32,000 nt of DNA from Burkholderiaceae bacterium (GTDB lineage: Bacteria > Pseudomonadota > Gammaproteobacteria > Burkholderiales > Burkholderiaceae_E). How positions within the stretch are numbered: position 1 is the first letter of the stretch; each line of letters starts with the position of its first letter. The position numbers and the translations under genes were made by a program. The stretch is taken from assembly GCA_016710525.1 (NCBI GenBank), contig JADJVQ010000038.1:13986-45985 (forward strand), given 5' to 3'. Shown here one piece after another: positions 1 through 10,433 of this stretch. The notes under the pieces are model-generated. The model had not been told where the DNA came from and ran no database searches. It worked only from the letters and a program-made list of their open reading frames with translations.

Positions 1-292
1 GCAGCAGCGGGATGCGGTTGCTGGACGTGACCGGCTGCAGCGCCACTTTCAGCGCGGGCAGCTTCAGTTCGGCCTTCACCGCGTCGACGACCTTCATGCA
101 CAGGTCCATCGCATAGCCGATCGGCTGCTGCTTGTCGTCCAGGTACGAGAAGGGGATGGACGATTCGCGATGGCCGATGTTGATCGTGCCGGTTTCCTTG
201 ATCTTCTTGAGTGTGCCGGCCAGGTCTTGCGCGCTGGCTTGGCTGACCATCAGGGCGGCCGCGACCGCGGTCAGAACGACTGCTTTATACAT
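1..292 (-). CDS. gltI: Glutamate/aspartate ABC transporter periplasmic substrate-binding protein; 5' part only, gene runs off the left edge
   Basis: Absent from the ORF track because there is no stop in the window. Reverse translation from the ATG at 290-292 gives MYKAVVLTAVAAALMVSQASAQDLAGTLKKIKETGTINIGHRESSIPFSYLDDKQQPIGYAMDLC...LQPVTSSNRIPLL. This shows a signal peptide plus the GHRESSxPFSY and TSxNRIPLL blocks I recognise from GltI. An AGGAGA Shine-Dalgarno (rc of 300-305) lies 7 nt upstream. Confidence 0.8.
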   Translation of the reverse strand, partial: MYKAVVLTAVAAALMVSQASAQDLAGTLKKIKETGTINIGHRESSIPFSYLDDKQQPIGYAMDLCMKVVDAVKAELKLPALKVALQPVTSSNRIPLL

Positions 293-388
293 ACGGGTTT
301 CTCCTGTTTTGTGACTTGAAGTATACGGTTTGGCCGGCCTGCGGCGGCGGTTCGCCTCGCCATGAAACGCGTGTTCACCGTTCGAGAC

Positions 389-1576
<1,188 letters not shown>

Positions 1577-1577
<1 letters not shown>

Positions 1578-1667
1578 GGGGGGCCGGCGCGCGGGCCGGG
1601 CCGCCGCCCCCCCGGGCCGCGGCGCCGGCGCGGCCCGCCGGGCGGGCCGGGGGGGGCGGGGGCGCCG
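1577..1667. repeat. 91-nt low-complexity tract with no A or T; contains G6, C7, G8 and G5 runs, a 17-nt palindrome (1632-1648) and a G-quadruplex-compatible run (1644-1662)
   Basis: Direct reading shows no A or T from 1577 to 1667. GGCCCGCC-G-GGCGGGCC is a palindrome. The tract lies between the stop of the acyl-CoA synthetase (1671-1673) and the broken 5' end of aspA. Confidence 0.9.
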
Positions 1668-1670
1668 AAA

Positions 1671-3374
1671 CTAGCGGAACTGCTCCTCGAGAAACTCGAG
1701 CTCGGTGCGCGCTGCGCCCGCCGCGCGGCCGGACTCCTGGCCGCGCAGTTCGACCCGGCGGATCTTGCCGGAGATGGTCTTGGGCAGGTCGCTGAACTCG
1801 ATCCGCCGGACCAGCTTGTAGCCCGATACCCGTTCGCGCAGGAAGCGGAAGATCGCCGCCGCAGTCTCGGCATTGGCCGCATGGCCCGGCGCCAGGATCA
1901 CGTAGGCCTTGGGCACGAAGCCGCGCACCGGATCGGGCGACGGGACCACCGCGGCTTCGGCCACCGCCGGATGCTCGATCAGCGCGCTCTCGAGCTCGAA
2001 GGGGCTGATGCGATAGCCCGAGGCCTTGAACACATCGTCGGCCCGGCCGACATAGGTGATGTAGCCCTCGGCATCGCGCATGCCGACGTCGCCGGTGTGA
2101 TAGAAGCCGTCGCGCATCGACTCGGCGGTTTTTTCGGCGTCGTCGGCATACCCGGTCATCAGCGCGGTCGGCCGGTGCGCCAGGTCGATGCAGATCTCGC
2201 CTTCCTCACCCGGCTTGCCATCGGGGTCGAGCAGCACCATGCGGTAGCCCGGAAGCGGACGGCCCATCGAGCCCGGCTTGAGCAGCGCGCCGGGCGGGTT
2301 GCCGATCTGCGCGGTGGTCTCGGTCTGGCCGTAGCCGTCGCGGATGGTCAGGCCCCATGCCGCGCGCACCTGCTCGATCACTTCGGGGTTCAGCGGCTCG
2401 CCGGCGGAGATCAGTTCGCGCAGCTTGACCGGCCAGGCCTTCAGATCCTCCTGGATCAGCATGCGCCACACCGTGGGCGGGGCGCACAGCGTGTTCACCT
2501 GGTGCTCGACCAGCGTGCCGAGAATGGCCGGACCGTTGAACCGGTTGTAGTTGTAGATGAACACGCAGGCCTGCGCGTTGAACGGCGCGAAGAAGCAGCT
2601 CCAGGCATGCTTGGCCCAGCCGGGCGAACTGACCGTCCAGTGCACATCGCCCTTGTTCAGGCCCAGCCAGTACATCGTCGACAGGTGCCCGACCGGATAA
2701 CTCTGCTGGGTGTGCTGGACCAGCTTGGGCTTGGCGGTGGTGCCGGACGTGAAGTACTCCAGCATCGGATCGGTGACCCGCGTGGCCTGGGCCGGCGCGA
2801 AGCGCACTTCGGCGTCGCGCGAGCGGCCGAAGTCGATCCATCCGTTCGGCAGGCCGGCCGCGCCGGTGGACACGGTGATCATCGAAAGTCCCGCCAGCGC
2901 GGCCGCCGGCAGCTCCTGAAATTTGGCCATGCCGGCGGCATTGGTGACGATGTGGCGCACATTGCCGCGCTGCAGCCGGTCGGCCAGGTCGTCGCCCGAC
3001 AGCAGCGTGGTGGCCGGAATGACCACTGCCCCCAGCTTGATGGCCGCCAGCATGGTCTCCCACAGCGGCACTTCGTTGCCCATCATCAGCAGGATGCGGT
3101 CGCCATGCTTCGCACCGAGCCCGACCAGGAAATTGGCCACCTGGTTGGATCGCTGCGACAGCTCCGCATAACTGAGCCGGGCCTGGCTGCCGGACTCCTC
3201 GACGATGTGCAGGGCCGGCGCCGGGTTGTCGCGCGCGATGGCGTCGAAATAGTCGAGTGCCCAGTTGAACCGGTCGAGCGCCGGCCATTGGAACGACGCG
3301 ATGGCGCTGGCGTAGTCGGTCCGGTGGGTCAGCAGCAGGTCACGGCAGGCTAGGAATCGGTCGAGTTCGGTCAT
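1671..3374 (-). CDS. AMP-forming acyl-CoA synthetase (ANL superfamily, medium-chain/ACSM-like)
   Basis: Track ORF 1671..3446. I place the start at the ATG at 3372-3374 (MTELDRFLAC...), which has a GAGGAC SD. The ANL motifs YFTSGTTAKPK, GYGQTET, YHTGD, GRADDVFK and SGKIRR are present. 567 aa. Confidence 0.85.
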   Translation of the reverse strand: MTELDRFLACRDLLLTHRTDYASAIASFQWPALDRFNWALDYFDAIARDNPAPALHIVEESGSQARLSYAELSQRSNQVANFLVGLGAKHGDRILLMMGNEVPLWETMLAAIKLGAVVIPATTLLSGDDLADRLQRGNVRHIVTNAAGMAKFQELPAAALAGLSMITVSTGAAGLPNGWIDFGRSRDAEVRFAPAQATRVTDPMLEYFTSGTTAKPKLVQHTQQSYPVGHLSTMYWLGLNKGDVHWTVSSPGWAKHAWSCFFAPFNAQACVFIYNYNRFNGPAILGTLVEHQVNTLCAPPTVWRMLIQEDLKAWPVKLRELISAGEPLNPEVIEQVRAAWGLTIRDGYGQTETTAQIGNPPGALLKPGSMGRPLPGYRMVLLDPDGKPGEEGEICIDLAHRPTALMTGYADDAEKTAESMRDGFYHTGDVGMRDAEGYITYVGRADDVFKASGYRISPFELESALIEHPAVAEAAVVPSPDPVRGFVPKAYVILAPGHAANAETAAAIFRFLRERVSGYKLVRRIEFSDLPKTISGKIRRVELRGQESGRAAGAARTELEFLEEQFR

Positions 3375-3403
3375 GGGGTCCTCGGGACGCAGGCGTGATG
3401 GCG

Positions 3404-3420
3404 ATAGTGCCTGCATTTTA
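3404..3420 (-). promoter_or_regulatory. Candidate promoter/operator: TAAAAT (-10-like) followed by ATGCAGGCACTAT, 30 nt upstream of the acyl-CoA synthetase ATG
   Basis: The reverse complement of 3398-3425 reads GCGCATAAAATGCAGGCACTATCGCCATCAC. It shares ATGCA and AGGCACTAT with the box-gene upstream regions at 30405-30468 and 31454-31467. Confidence 0.3.
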
Positions 3421-3476
3421 TGCGCCCGCGCCCGCGATCCGGGCATCGGCCCGGGCTTGCGGCGACCGATCGACGT

Positions 3477-4457
3477 TCACGCGGCCCGGCGCATCGCCAG
3501 GCCCAGCGCGACCAGACTCTCGGACAGCGCATCGGCCAGCGGCGTGACCGGCAGTTCGCCCACCGCGCGCGCCAGCGCCTGCCCGTCCAGCCGATGCGGC
3601 TCGCGCCACAGGTAGGCCATCTCGGCAATCTCGCGCCACATCGGCACGATCAGTCCGCCGGCGCGGATCAGGCCCCAGGGCATGCCGCCCCGAGAGAACC
3701 CCCGCGCCGGCGCGACACCCAGCGCGCGCGCCGCGGATTCGATGGCCGCCAGCCACTGTTCGCCGGTTGCCGTGTGGCCGGCGAAATGAAAGCGCTGCAG
3801 GCCGCGCGGCGCCGCCTGCGCCTGCTGGCGCAGGGCCGCCGCCACGAAGGCGCGCGCCAGATCGGGCAAGTAGGCCCAGGCGTGAGGCCGGTCCAGCGGC
3901 CCGGGATACACCAGCTTGCCTGCGCCCAGCGACTTGGTGATCACGAGGTCCAGCCAGCTGCCGGTGCCCCCGCCGAAGAAGTCGCCGGCCCGAATCACCA
4001 CGCCGTCCAGGCCGCGAGCGGCGCGCTGCGCCAACAGCGCCTCGATCTCGCAGCGGATGCGTCCCTTGCGGGTGGTCGGGTGCTGCACCGTGTCTTGCGC
4101 CAGCACCGCGGGCATCGGCTCGCCGTAGTTGTAGACATTGCCGGGCAGCATGAAGGTCGCGTTCAGGCGGCCAGCCAGGTCCATGCCCTGGCGCGCCAGC
4201 TCGAGGGCCTCGCGCTCCCAGCGGTCATACGGCGGATTGACCGCATGGACCACCGTGCGCACGCCCTGCGCCAGCGGCACCAGCATCGGGTCACCCGGGG
4301 CCATCGCCAGATGGCGGACACCGGCCGGCAGGCCGGCGGGCAGGCGGCGCGATTGCGCCAGCACCGGATGGCCGGCCGCCGCGAAGGCATGGACCGCCGC
4401 CAGGCCGAAGCGCCCGCTGGCGCCGAGCACGAGAACCGGAGGAAGAGAAGCAGGCAT
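3477..4457 (-). CDS. NAD(P)-binding epimerase/dehydratase-family (extended SDR) protein
   Basis: 326-aa ORF. The N-terminal Rossmann motif VLVLGASGRFG is present, and the length and overall pattern fit atypical/extended SDRs. It is divergent from the LysR gene. Confidence 0.7.
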   Translation of the reverse strand: MPASLPPVLVLGASGRFGLAAVHAFAAAGHPVLAQSRRLPAGLPAGVRHLAMAPGDPMLVPLAQGVRTVVHAVNPPYDRWEREALELARQGMDLAGRLNATFMLPGNVYNYGEPMPAVLAQDTVQHPTTRKGRIRCEIEALLAQRAARGLDGVVIRAGDFFGGGTGSWLDLVITKSLGAGKLVYPGPLDRPHAWAYLPDLARAFVAAALRQQAQAAPRGLQRFHFAGHTATGEQWLAAIESAARALGVAPARGFSRGGMPWGLIRAGGLIVPMWREIAEMAYLWREPHRLDGQALARAVGELPVTPLADALSESLVALGLAMRRAA

Positions 4458-4553
4458 CGCGGGATTCCCAGATGAAGTTCGATGGCCTCATTCTGGCGTC
4501 GCGCGGGCCATTCGCCTATTGCCGGTTTTGGCATATGACCCATACACTTTCGC

Positions 4554-5507
4554 ATGGCACATAACCCACCGCTGGACCGCACGCGCTTCGACTGGTCGCT
4601 GGTGCGCAGCTTCCTGGCGGTGGTCGACGCCGGCAGCCTCACCGGGGCGGCCCGGCGCACCGGCGCCTTGCAGCCCACCTTGAGCCGGCACATTGCCGAG
4701 CTCGAGGGACAGCTCGGTGCGCCGCTGTTCGAGCGCACCGGGCGCGGCGTCGTGCCGACCGCGGCCGCGCTCGCGATCATCGAGGCGGCGCGCACGATGC
4801 AGGACGGCGCCGACGCACTCGGCCGCTCGCTGGCCGGACAGCGGCAGGCAACCACCGGCGTGGTGCGCATCACCACCAGCCAGGTCGCGGCCAATCATCT
4901 GCTGCCTCCCGTCCTCGCCGAGCTGCAGCGGCTGGAACCCGGCATCCAGATCGAACTGGTCTCGTCCAATGCGCTGACCAACCTGCTGCGCCGCGAGGCC
5001 GACATCGCGGTGCGCATGGTGCGGCCCGTGCAGAACTCGCTGGTCGCGCGCAAGATCGGCGAGATCGGCATCGGCGCTTACGCCCACGCCTCGTACCTGG
5101 CCCGGGCCGGCGTGCCGCGCAGCCCCGACGAGCTGCTCTCGCACCGGCTGGTCGGCATGGACACCGACGACACCCTGACCCGGGGATTCGCCGGCATGGG
5201 CATCGCCATCGCGCGCGAGCGCTTCGTCGTTCGGACCGACGACCACCTCGCCTACGGAAGGCTGGTTGCCGCCGGCGCCGGCATCGGCTTTCTGGCGCAC
5301 TATCACGCGGCGCAGACACCAGGGCTGCAGCGGCTGCTGCCCCAGCTGCGCATTCCCGCCCTGCCCTGCTGGCTGGCGGTGCACCGCGAAATCCGGTCCA
5401 GCCGCGTGGTTCGGCGAGTCTACGACCACCTGGCCCGGGCATTGGCGGCTCAGCTCGGATCGGATAATGGTCAGGCGCCAACAGCGCCGGCCGCGAACCT
5501 GTTGTAG
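4554..5507 (+). CDS. LysR-family transcriptional regulator
   Basis: The N-terminal wHTH reads FDWSLVRSFLAVVDAGSLTGAARRTGALQPTLSRHIAELEGQLGAPLFERTGRG, followed by a LysR substrate-binding domain. 317 aa. Confidence 0.9.
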   Translation: MAHNPPLDRTRFDWSLVRSFLAVVDAGSLTGAARRTGALQPTLSRHIAELEGQLGAPLFERTGRGVVPTAAALAIIEAARTMQDGADALGRSLAGQRQATTGVVRITTSQVAANHLLPPVLAELQRLEPGIQIELVSSNALTNLLRREADIAVRMVRPVQNSLVARKIGEIGIGAYAHASYLARAGVPRSPDELLSHRLVGMDTDDTLTRGFAGMGIAIARERFVVRTDDHLAYGRLVAAGAGIGFLAHYHAAQTPGLQRLLPQLRIPALPCWLAVHREIRSSRVVRRVYDHLARALAAQLGSDNGQAPTAPAANLL

Positions 5508-5548
5508 TGTCCGGCTGACCAGAGACCCCGGCTCACGAGAGACCCGAC

Positions 5549-6217
5549 ATGCACTACGACGCAACCGGCCGCAACCATGGCCTGAAATTCGACCCTTTCA
5601 AAGCGCTGGCCGTGCCGCGCCCGATCGGCTGGATCGCCACGGTCGATCGCAACGGCGTGCCCAACCTCGCTCCCTACAGCTTCTTCAACGCGGTCAGCGA
5701 TCGCCCGCCGGTGGTGCTGTTCGCCTCGGGCGGCCACAAGGACAGCCTGCGCAACATCGAGGACAACGGCGAGTTCACCTGCTCGCTGGCCACCTATGAT
5801 CTGCGCGATCAGATGAACATGAGTTCGGCCACGGTGGCCCCGGGCGTGGACGAGTTCGCACTCGCCGGCCTGACCCCGGCAGCCTCCACCTACGTGAAGC
5901 CGCCGCGGGTCGCGCAGAGCCCTGCCGCATTCGAGTGCCGGCACTGGAAGACCCTCGAGATGCCGCGGCCGGCCGACGGCAAGGGCGAGCCCTTCATCGT
6001 GGTGTTCGGTCTGGTGGTCGGGATCTACATCGACGACGCGTTCATCAAGGACGGCATCGTCGACACCCCGTCGATGAAACCGCTGGCCCGCCTGGGCTAC
6101 ATGGACTATTCCGTCCTGACCCCCGAAACCGTGTTCTCGCTGAACCGCCCGATCACCACCGAGGACGGCCGCAGCGCCAAGCTCGTGTCCGGTCCCTGGG
6201 ACGGCGTCTACCGGTAG
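5549..6217 (+). CDS. Flavin reductase-like FMN-binding domain protein
   Basis: 222 aa. FKALAVPRPIGWIATVDRNGVPNLAPYSFFNAVSDRPPVVLFAS is typical of the flavin reductase-like (split-barrel) family. Confidence 0.75.
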   Translation: MHYDATGRNHGLKFDPFKALAVPRPIGWIATVDRNGVPNLAPYSFFNAVSDRPPVVLFASGGHKDSLRNIEDNGEFTCSLATYDLRDQMNMSSATVAPGVDEFALAGLTPAASTYVKPPRVAQSPAAFECRHWKTLEMPRPADGKGEPFIVVFGLVVGIYIDDAFIKDGIVDTPSMKPLARLGYMDYSVLTPETVFSLNRPITTEDGRSAKLVSGPWDGVYR

Positions 6218-6224
6218 GAAGCCC

Positions 6225-7514
6225 GTGGCGCACGACACCGCGGCCATGCCGGGCCCGATCAACATCGTGGGCGCCGGCATCGTCGGCCTGTCGGTGGCGT
6301 GGGCGCTGATCCGGCGCGGTCGCCCGGTCCGGATCTTCGATGCCCAGGCACCGGGGATGGGCGCGTCGTTCGGCAACTCCGGTTCGCTGTCCTCGGGATC
6401 GGTCGTGCCCCTGGCCACGCCAGGCGCCGCGATGTCGGGGCTGAAGATGCTGCTCGACAGCGACGCGCCGCTGGTCGTGCGCCGGCGCTATCTGCTGCGC
6501 GCGCTGCCCTGGCTGCGCCAGTTCGTGCGGGTCTCCGACGAAGCCAGCGTGCGCCAGGTGGCCGACAGCCTGCTCGAGATCCTCGCGCCGACCCTGCCGA
6601 GCTGGCAGCGCGTTCTGGAGGAAATCGGCGCCACCGACCTGCTCCATCACACCGGGCAGCTGCACCTGTACCCGTCGCGGCTCGCGCTGGCCAAGGACGA
6701 CTTCGCCTGGCGCCTGCGCGACGACTATGGCGTGCGCAGCGAGCACCTCGATCGCGACGCGCTGCTGGCCCGCCAGCCCGGCATCGGCGAGGCCTATCCG
6801 CTTGGGGTCTTCCTGCCGCAGGCCGCGGCGATTTCCGATCCGCACGGCTTGTGCGTGCGTCTGGCGCAAAGCCTGCGGGCGGCGGGCGCCGAGTTCGTGC
6901 AGGCCCCGGTGCAGGCACTGCAGCCCGACGGCGCCCTCCAGGCGCAGGGGCGCAGCTGGCCGGCCGCGTCCTGCGTGCTGGCCGCTGGCGCATGGTCGAT
7001 GCGGCTGCTCGAACCGCTGGGGGTGCGCGTGCCGCTGGAAACCCAGCGCGGCTACCACGTGCAGCGGCGCAGCCTCGAGGTGGCACCCGGCCAGGTGCTG
7101 CGCGGACCGGTGGTGTCGGCCGACAGCAAGGTCTTCATCGTGCCGATGCGCGAGGGCGTGCGCACCGGCGGCACGGTGGAATTCGCCGGCCTCGCCGCGC
7201 CCGAGGCGCCGCGCCGCTTCGCGCTGCTGCGCTCGAATTTCGCGCGCGTGTTCCCGCAGGCCCCGGCCTTGCCCGCCGACGACGGCGAATCCACCTGGAT
7301 GGGCCATCGCCCCTGCCTGCCCGACACGCTGCCCGTGCTCGGGCCCCTGCCCGGTTACCCCAACGTGTGGGCCGCCTTCGGCCATGGCCATCTCGGCCTG
7401 ACGATGTCGGCCGTCACCGGCGAGTGGCTGGCCCAGGCGCTGTGCGAATCCGCGCCGCCGGCGCTGGCCCGCTTCCGTGCCGACCGGCCCACGCTGGGCG
7501 CGCGGCTGCGCTAA
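6225..7514 (+). CDS. FAD-dependent oxidoreductase, D-amino-acid dehydrogenase (DadA)-like
   Basis: The dinucleotide-binding motif is INIVGAGIVGLSVAWAL. The family tail PVLGPLPGYPNVWAAFGHGHLGLTMSAVTGEWLAQ is present. The GTG at 6225 has an AGGAAG SD; an alternative ATG lies at 6246. Confidence 0.8.
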   Translation: MAHDTAAMPGPINIVGAGIVGLSVAWALIRRGRPVRIFDAQAPGMGASFGNSGSLSSGSVVPLATPGAAMSGLKMLLDSDAPLVVRRRYLLRALPWLRQFVRVSDEASVRQVADSLLEILAPTLPSWQRVLEEIGATDLLHHTGQLHLYPSRLALAKDDFAWRLRDDYGVRSEHLDRDALLARQPGIGEAYPLGVFLPQAAAISDPHGLCVRLAQSLRAAGAEFVQAPVQALQPDGALQAQGRSWPAASCVLAAGAWSMRLLEPLGVRVPLETQRGYHVQRRSLEVAPGQVLRGPVVSADSKVFIVPMREGVRTGGTVEFAGLAAPEAPRRFALLRSNFARVFPQAPALPADDGESTWMGHRPCLPDTLPVLGPLPGYPNVWAAFGHGHLGLTMSAVTGEWLAQALCESAPPALARFRADRPTLGARLR

Positions 7515-7572
7515 CCCGCCCGGCCTTCCTTCTTCCTTCCACCCTATGCCCCCCGGCCCAGGAGCCAGCCCG

Positions 7573-8400
7573 ATGACCACCGAACCCATCACCATCGACA
7601 CCGGTACCGATCAGCTGCTGTGCGAAATCCGCGACGGCGTCGCGCTGATCACGCTGAACCGCCCCGAGGCGCGCAATGCGATGTCCCCCCAGCTGACCCC
7701 GGCCCTGAGCCGGATGATCCAGGAGCGCGGCGAAGACCCGCGCGTGGGCGCGCTGCTGATAACCGGCGCGGGCACCGCGTTTTGCGCCGGCGGCGACGTC
7801 AAGGGAATGGGCGACAACAGCAGCCAGAAGTCGCTCAGTGCCGAAGAACGCGCCGCCGGCATGATCGAACGCCATCGCCGCCTCACCGGCGCGCTGGTCG
7901 GCGTGCGCAAGCCCACGATCGCCGCGCTGCCGGGCGCGGCCGCCGGCGCCGGCCTGGCGATCGCGCTGGCCTGCGACATCCGCATCGCCGCGAAGTCCGC
8001 CTTCGTCAGCGCCGGCTACTCGCGCATCGGGCTGTCGGGCGACTACGGCGTCGCCTGGCTGCTGACGCGCGCCGTCGGCTCGCCGATCGCGCGCGAGATG
8101 ATGTTCACCTCAGAGCGGGTCGACTCGGCGCGGGCCGAACGCATCGGCCTGTTCAATCGCGTGGTCGACGATGCCAACCTGCGTGAGGAGGCCTTTGCGC
8201 TGGCGCGCTCGATCGCCCAGGGCCCGGCGGTCGCCCTGCGCCTGATGAAGGAAAACCTGGACGAGGCGCGCGACATCGACCACGACACCGCGGTCGTGCA
8301 CGAGGCGCAGCGCCTGAGCCTGTCGGCGCAGACCGAAGACCACCGCGAGGCCGTGCGCGCATTCGTCGAGAAGCGCAAACCGGTGTTCAGCGGCCGCTGA
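7573..8400 (+). CDS. Enoyl-CoA hydratase/isomerase (crotonase) family protein
   Basis: The ATG at 7573 follows a CAGGAG SD. ITLNRPEARNAM...ITGAGTAFCAGGDVKGM is a crotonase-fold signature. 275 aa. Confidence 0.85.
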   Translation: MTTEPITIDTGTDQLLCEIRDGVALITLNRPEARNAMSPQLTPALSRMIQERGEDPRVGALLITGAGTAFCAGGDVKGMGDNSSQKSLSAEERAAGMIERHRRLTGALVGVRKPTIAALPGAAAGAGLAIALACDIRIAAKSAFVSAGYSRIGLSGDYGVAWLLTRAVGSPIAREMMFTSERVDSARAERIGLFNRVVDDANLREEAFALARSIAQGPAVALRLMKENLDEARDIDHDTAVVHEAQRLSLSAQTEDHREAVRAFVEKRKPVFSGR

Positions 8401-8474
8401 CCCTGCCGGTTGCCGCGGCACAGAGCGGCACGGAGCGGCGCAGGCCGCGAATCGCCGCCTGTCGCGGCGCCGGA

Positions 8475-10433
8475 TCAGAACACCGTACGGTAGCGGATCG
8501 CCGCCGCGCGCTCGGACGCCGCATCGGCGAAGTGCCCGGGCTGGCTGCGATGCATCGCGGCCAGCTGCAGGCTGCCCCGGCGGCCCATCGGCACCGAGTA
8601 GTGCAGGCTCAGGCGCAGTTCGCGGCCATCGGGTTTCATGCTGACCGAGCCGCGCTCGATCATCGGCGCGCCGGCCGCATCGGTGCCCACCATCCGCTCG
8701 ATGCTCATCGTGCCCCCGCTGACCCGCATCGGCTGCTCGAACGCCAGCGCCAGTCCGTCGCCGTCGACCAGCGCATTGCGCCGGGTCAGCGAGACCCGCA
8801 TCGCCTGGCTCAGCGCGCTGGTCGTCGCCAGCAGGCTGCCCTGGGCGGCCGGCGTCGAGCCGAACGACACCGAGGCATCCAGCCGGGTGTGCTCGTCGAT
8901 CGACGCGCGAGCGAACAAGGCCAGCGCCGTGGTCGCCGAATGCCCCAGCCCGAGCACGCCCTGGGTCGCTGCGCCCAGGAAGGTCTGCTGCTCGTTCATC
9001 TGAGTCATCGCCACGCCGAGCTCGCCGTCGCGGGGCAGCGTGCGGGTGAGCGCCAGACTGGCCGCCGTCGCCTTGTCGGTCTGCGAGGCCAGCGCCGGCA
9101 CCATCGCCCAGCCCGCGCCGATCGGCAGGCGCTGCGTCAGGCTGGTGGCCTGGTCCATGAAGCCCAGATGGGCGACCGGCAGGGCCGCGAAGGCATTGCC
9201 CTGCGAGACGCGAAGCCCCTGGCTCGAGGGCGCCGCGACCGCCGGATTGAGCGCGAACAGCTCGTCGGCCAGCAGCGGGCGGGTCTTGACCAGCGCCCGG
9301 CTCATGTCGGCGGTGAAATCGCGGCCGTATTCGTCCACGCCGCTGACCATCAGCAGGCCGGCCTGCGCCGCATTCTTCATGGCGCCGGCCAGCGCGCCGC
9401 CCGCGCTGGCGCCGTACAGGGGCACGGTCTTGCCGCCATAGGCGGGCGTGGCCACCTGCCCGACCGGCTTCATGGCCCGATCGACATTGACCAGACCGCG
9501 GCCATAGATGGCGTCCACACCGGCCGCGCCCAGGTCGGTTGCCGTCACGAACAGGATGTTGGCCACGTCCTTGGCCGACAGGTAGGTCCATCGGCTGCGG
9601 ATCAGCGCGGCCGCCCCGCTCACCACCGGCGTGGCCATCGAGGTCCCGCTCATCAGGGCGTAACCGGTCTTGTAGGTCGACATCAGCGACGCACCCGGTG
9701 CGGCCAGCGTGAAGTTCATCGCGTCGCCGGCGCGATTGGACCAGGCGGCGATCTTGCTGGCCGAGTCGACCGCGACCACATTGATGATCTGCCCGTTGGC
9801 CCAGGACTGGCTCGCATACCGCGCCGGCCAGCCCGGCTGCGCCAGCGCCGAATTGCCGGCCGCGGCGACGATCAGCATGCCCTTGCCGACCGCATACTTG
9901 AGGGCCGCCGGGTCGAAGGCAGCCGTCGAGCCCAGCGACATGTTGGCGATCGAGGCCTGCTGATCGGCCGCCCAGCGCAGACCGGCATTGAGCCAGGCGG
10001 TATTGCCGGCGCCGTTGTCGGCAATCACCTTCACCGGCATGATCTGCGCCGAATACGCCACGCCGAACATGCCGACACTGTTGCGGTTGGCGGCGATCAG
10101 GCCCGAGACGTGGGTGCCGTGGCCGTTGCCGTCGGCGACCGAGGTGTTGGGTGTGGCGACGGTGAAATTGCGACCGGTGACGATCCGGCCGGCCAGATCG
10201 GGGCTGGCCGCGTTCACGCCGGTGTCGAGCACGGCGATCTTCACGCCAAGCCCGGTGAACTTCAGGCCATAGGCGGTGACCGCGCCGATCTGGCTGACGA
10301 ACTTCGAGTTGTTCAGTTCGGTCTGGGCGGCCTGCGCAGCCGTCTGGGCGAGCCCCGCGACGGGGTTGGCCAGCGCGGCGACACCTGCGAGGGTCAGGCC
10401 GGTGCGCAGCACTGGATTCAAGCGGAAAAACAT
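8475..10433 (-). CDS. Secreted S8 (subtilisin-like) serine peptidase with a C-terminal autotransporter-like beta-barrel
   Basis: I place the start at the ATG at 10431-10433 (MFFRLNPVLRTGLTLAGVAALANPVAGLA, a signal peptide) with an AAGAGG SD. The catalytic triad contexts are VLDTGV, GHGTHVSG and GTSMATP. The last roughly 270 aa end in ...AAIRYRTVF, a terminal aromatic residue typical of outer-membrane barrels. Confidence 0.85.
   Translation of the reverse strand: MFFRLNPVLRTGLTLAGVAALANPVAGLAQTAAQAAQTELNNSKFVSQIGAVTAYGLKFTGLGVKIAVLDTGVNAASPDLAGRIVTGRNFTVATPNTSVADGNGHGTHVSGLIAANRNSVGMFGVAYSAQIMPVKVIADNGAGNTAWLNAGLRWAADQQASIANMSLGSTAAFDPAALKYAVGKGMLIVAAAGNSALAQPGWPARYASQSWANGQIINVVAVDSASKIAAWSNRAGDAMNFTLAAPGASLMSTYKTGYALMSGTSMATPVVSGAAALIRSRWTYLSAKDVANILFVTATDLGAAGVDAIYGRGLVNVDRAMKPVGQVATPAYGGKTVPLYGASAGGALAGAMKNAAQAGLLMVSGVDEYGRDFTADMSRALVKTRPLLADELFALNPAVAAPSSQGLRVSQGNAFAALPVAHLGFMDQATSLTQRLPIGAGWAMVPALASQTDKATAASLALTRTLPRDGELGVAMTQMNEQQTFLGAATQGVLGLGHSATTALALFARASIDEHTRLDASVSFGSTPAAQGSLLATTSALSQAMRVSLTRRNALVDGDGLALAFEQPMRVSGGTMSIERMVGTDAAGAPMIERGSVSMKPDGRELRLSLHYSVPMGRRGSLQLAAMHRSQPGHFADAASERAAAIRYRTVF

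Noticed and set aside
132-314. A 60-aa plus-strand ORF at the left edge
   Set aside because: It is antisense to the well-supported gltI 5' region.
4470-4553. A LysR-type T-N11-A box or dyad in the SDR / LysR divergent region
   Set aside because: I found only an imperfect ATGGCC-N18-GGCCAT repeat and a TGCC-N6-GGCA. Neither fits the T-N11-A architecture well enough to annotate.
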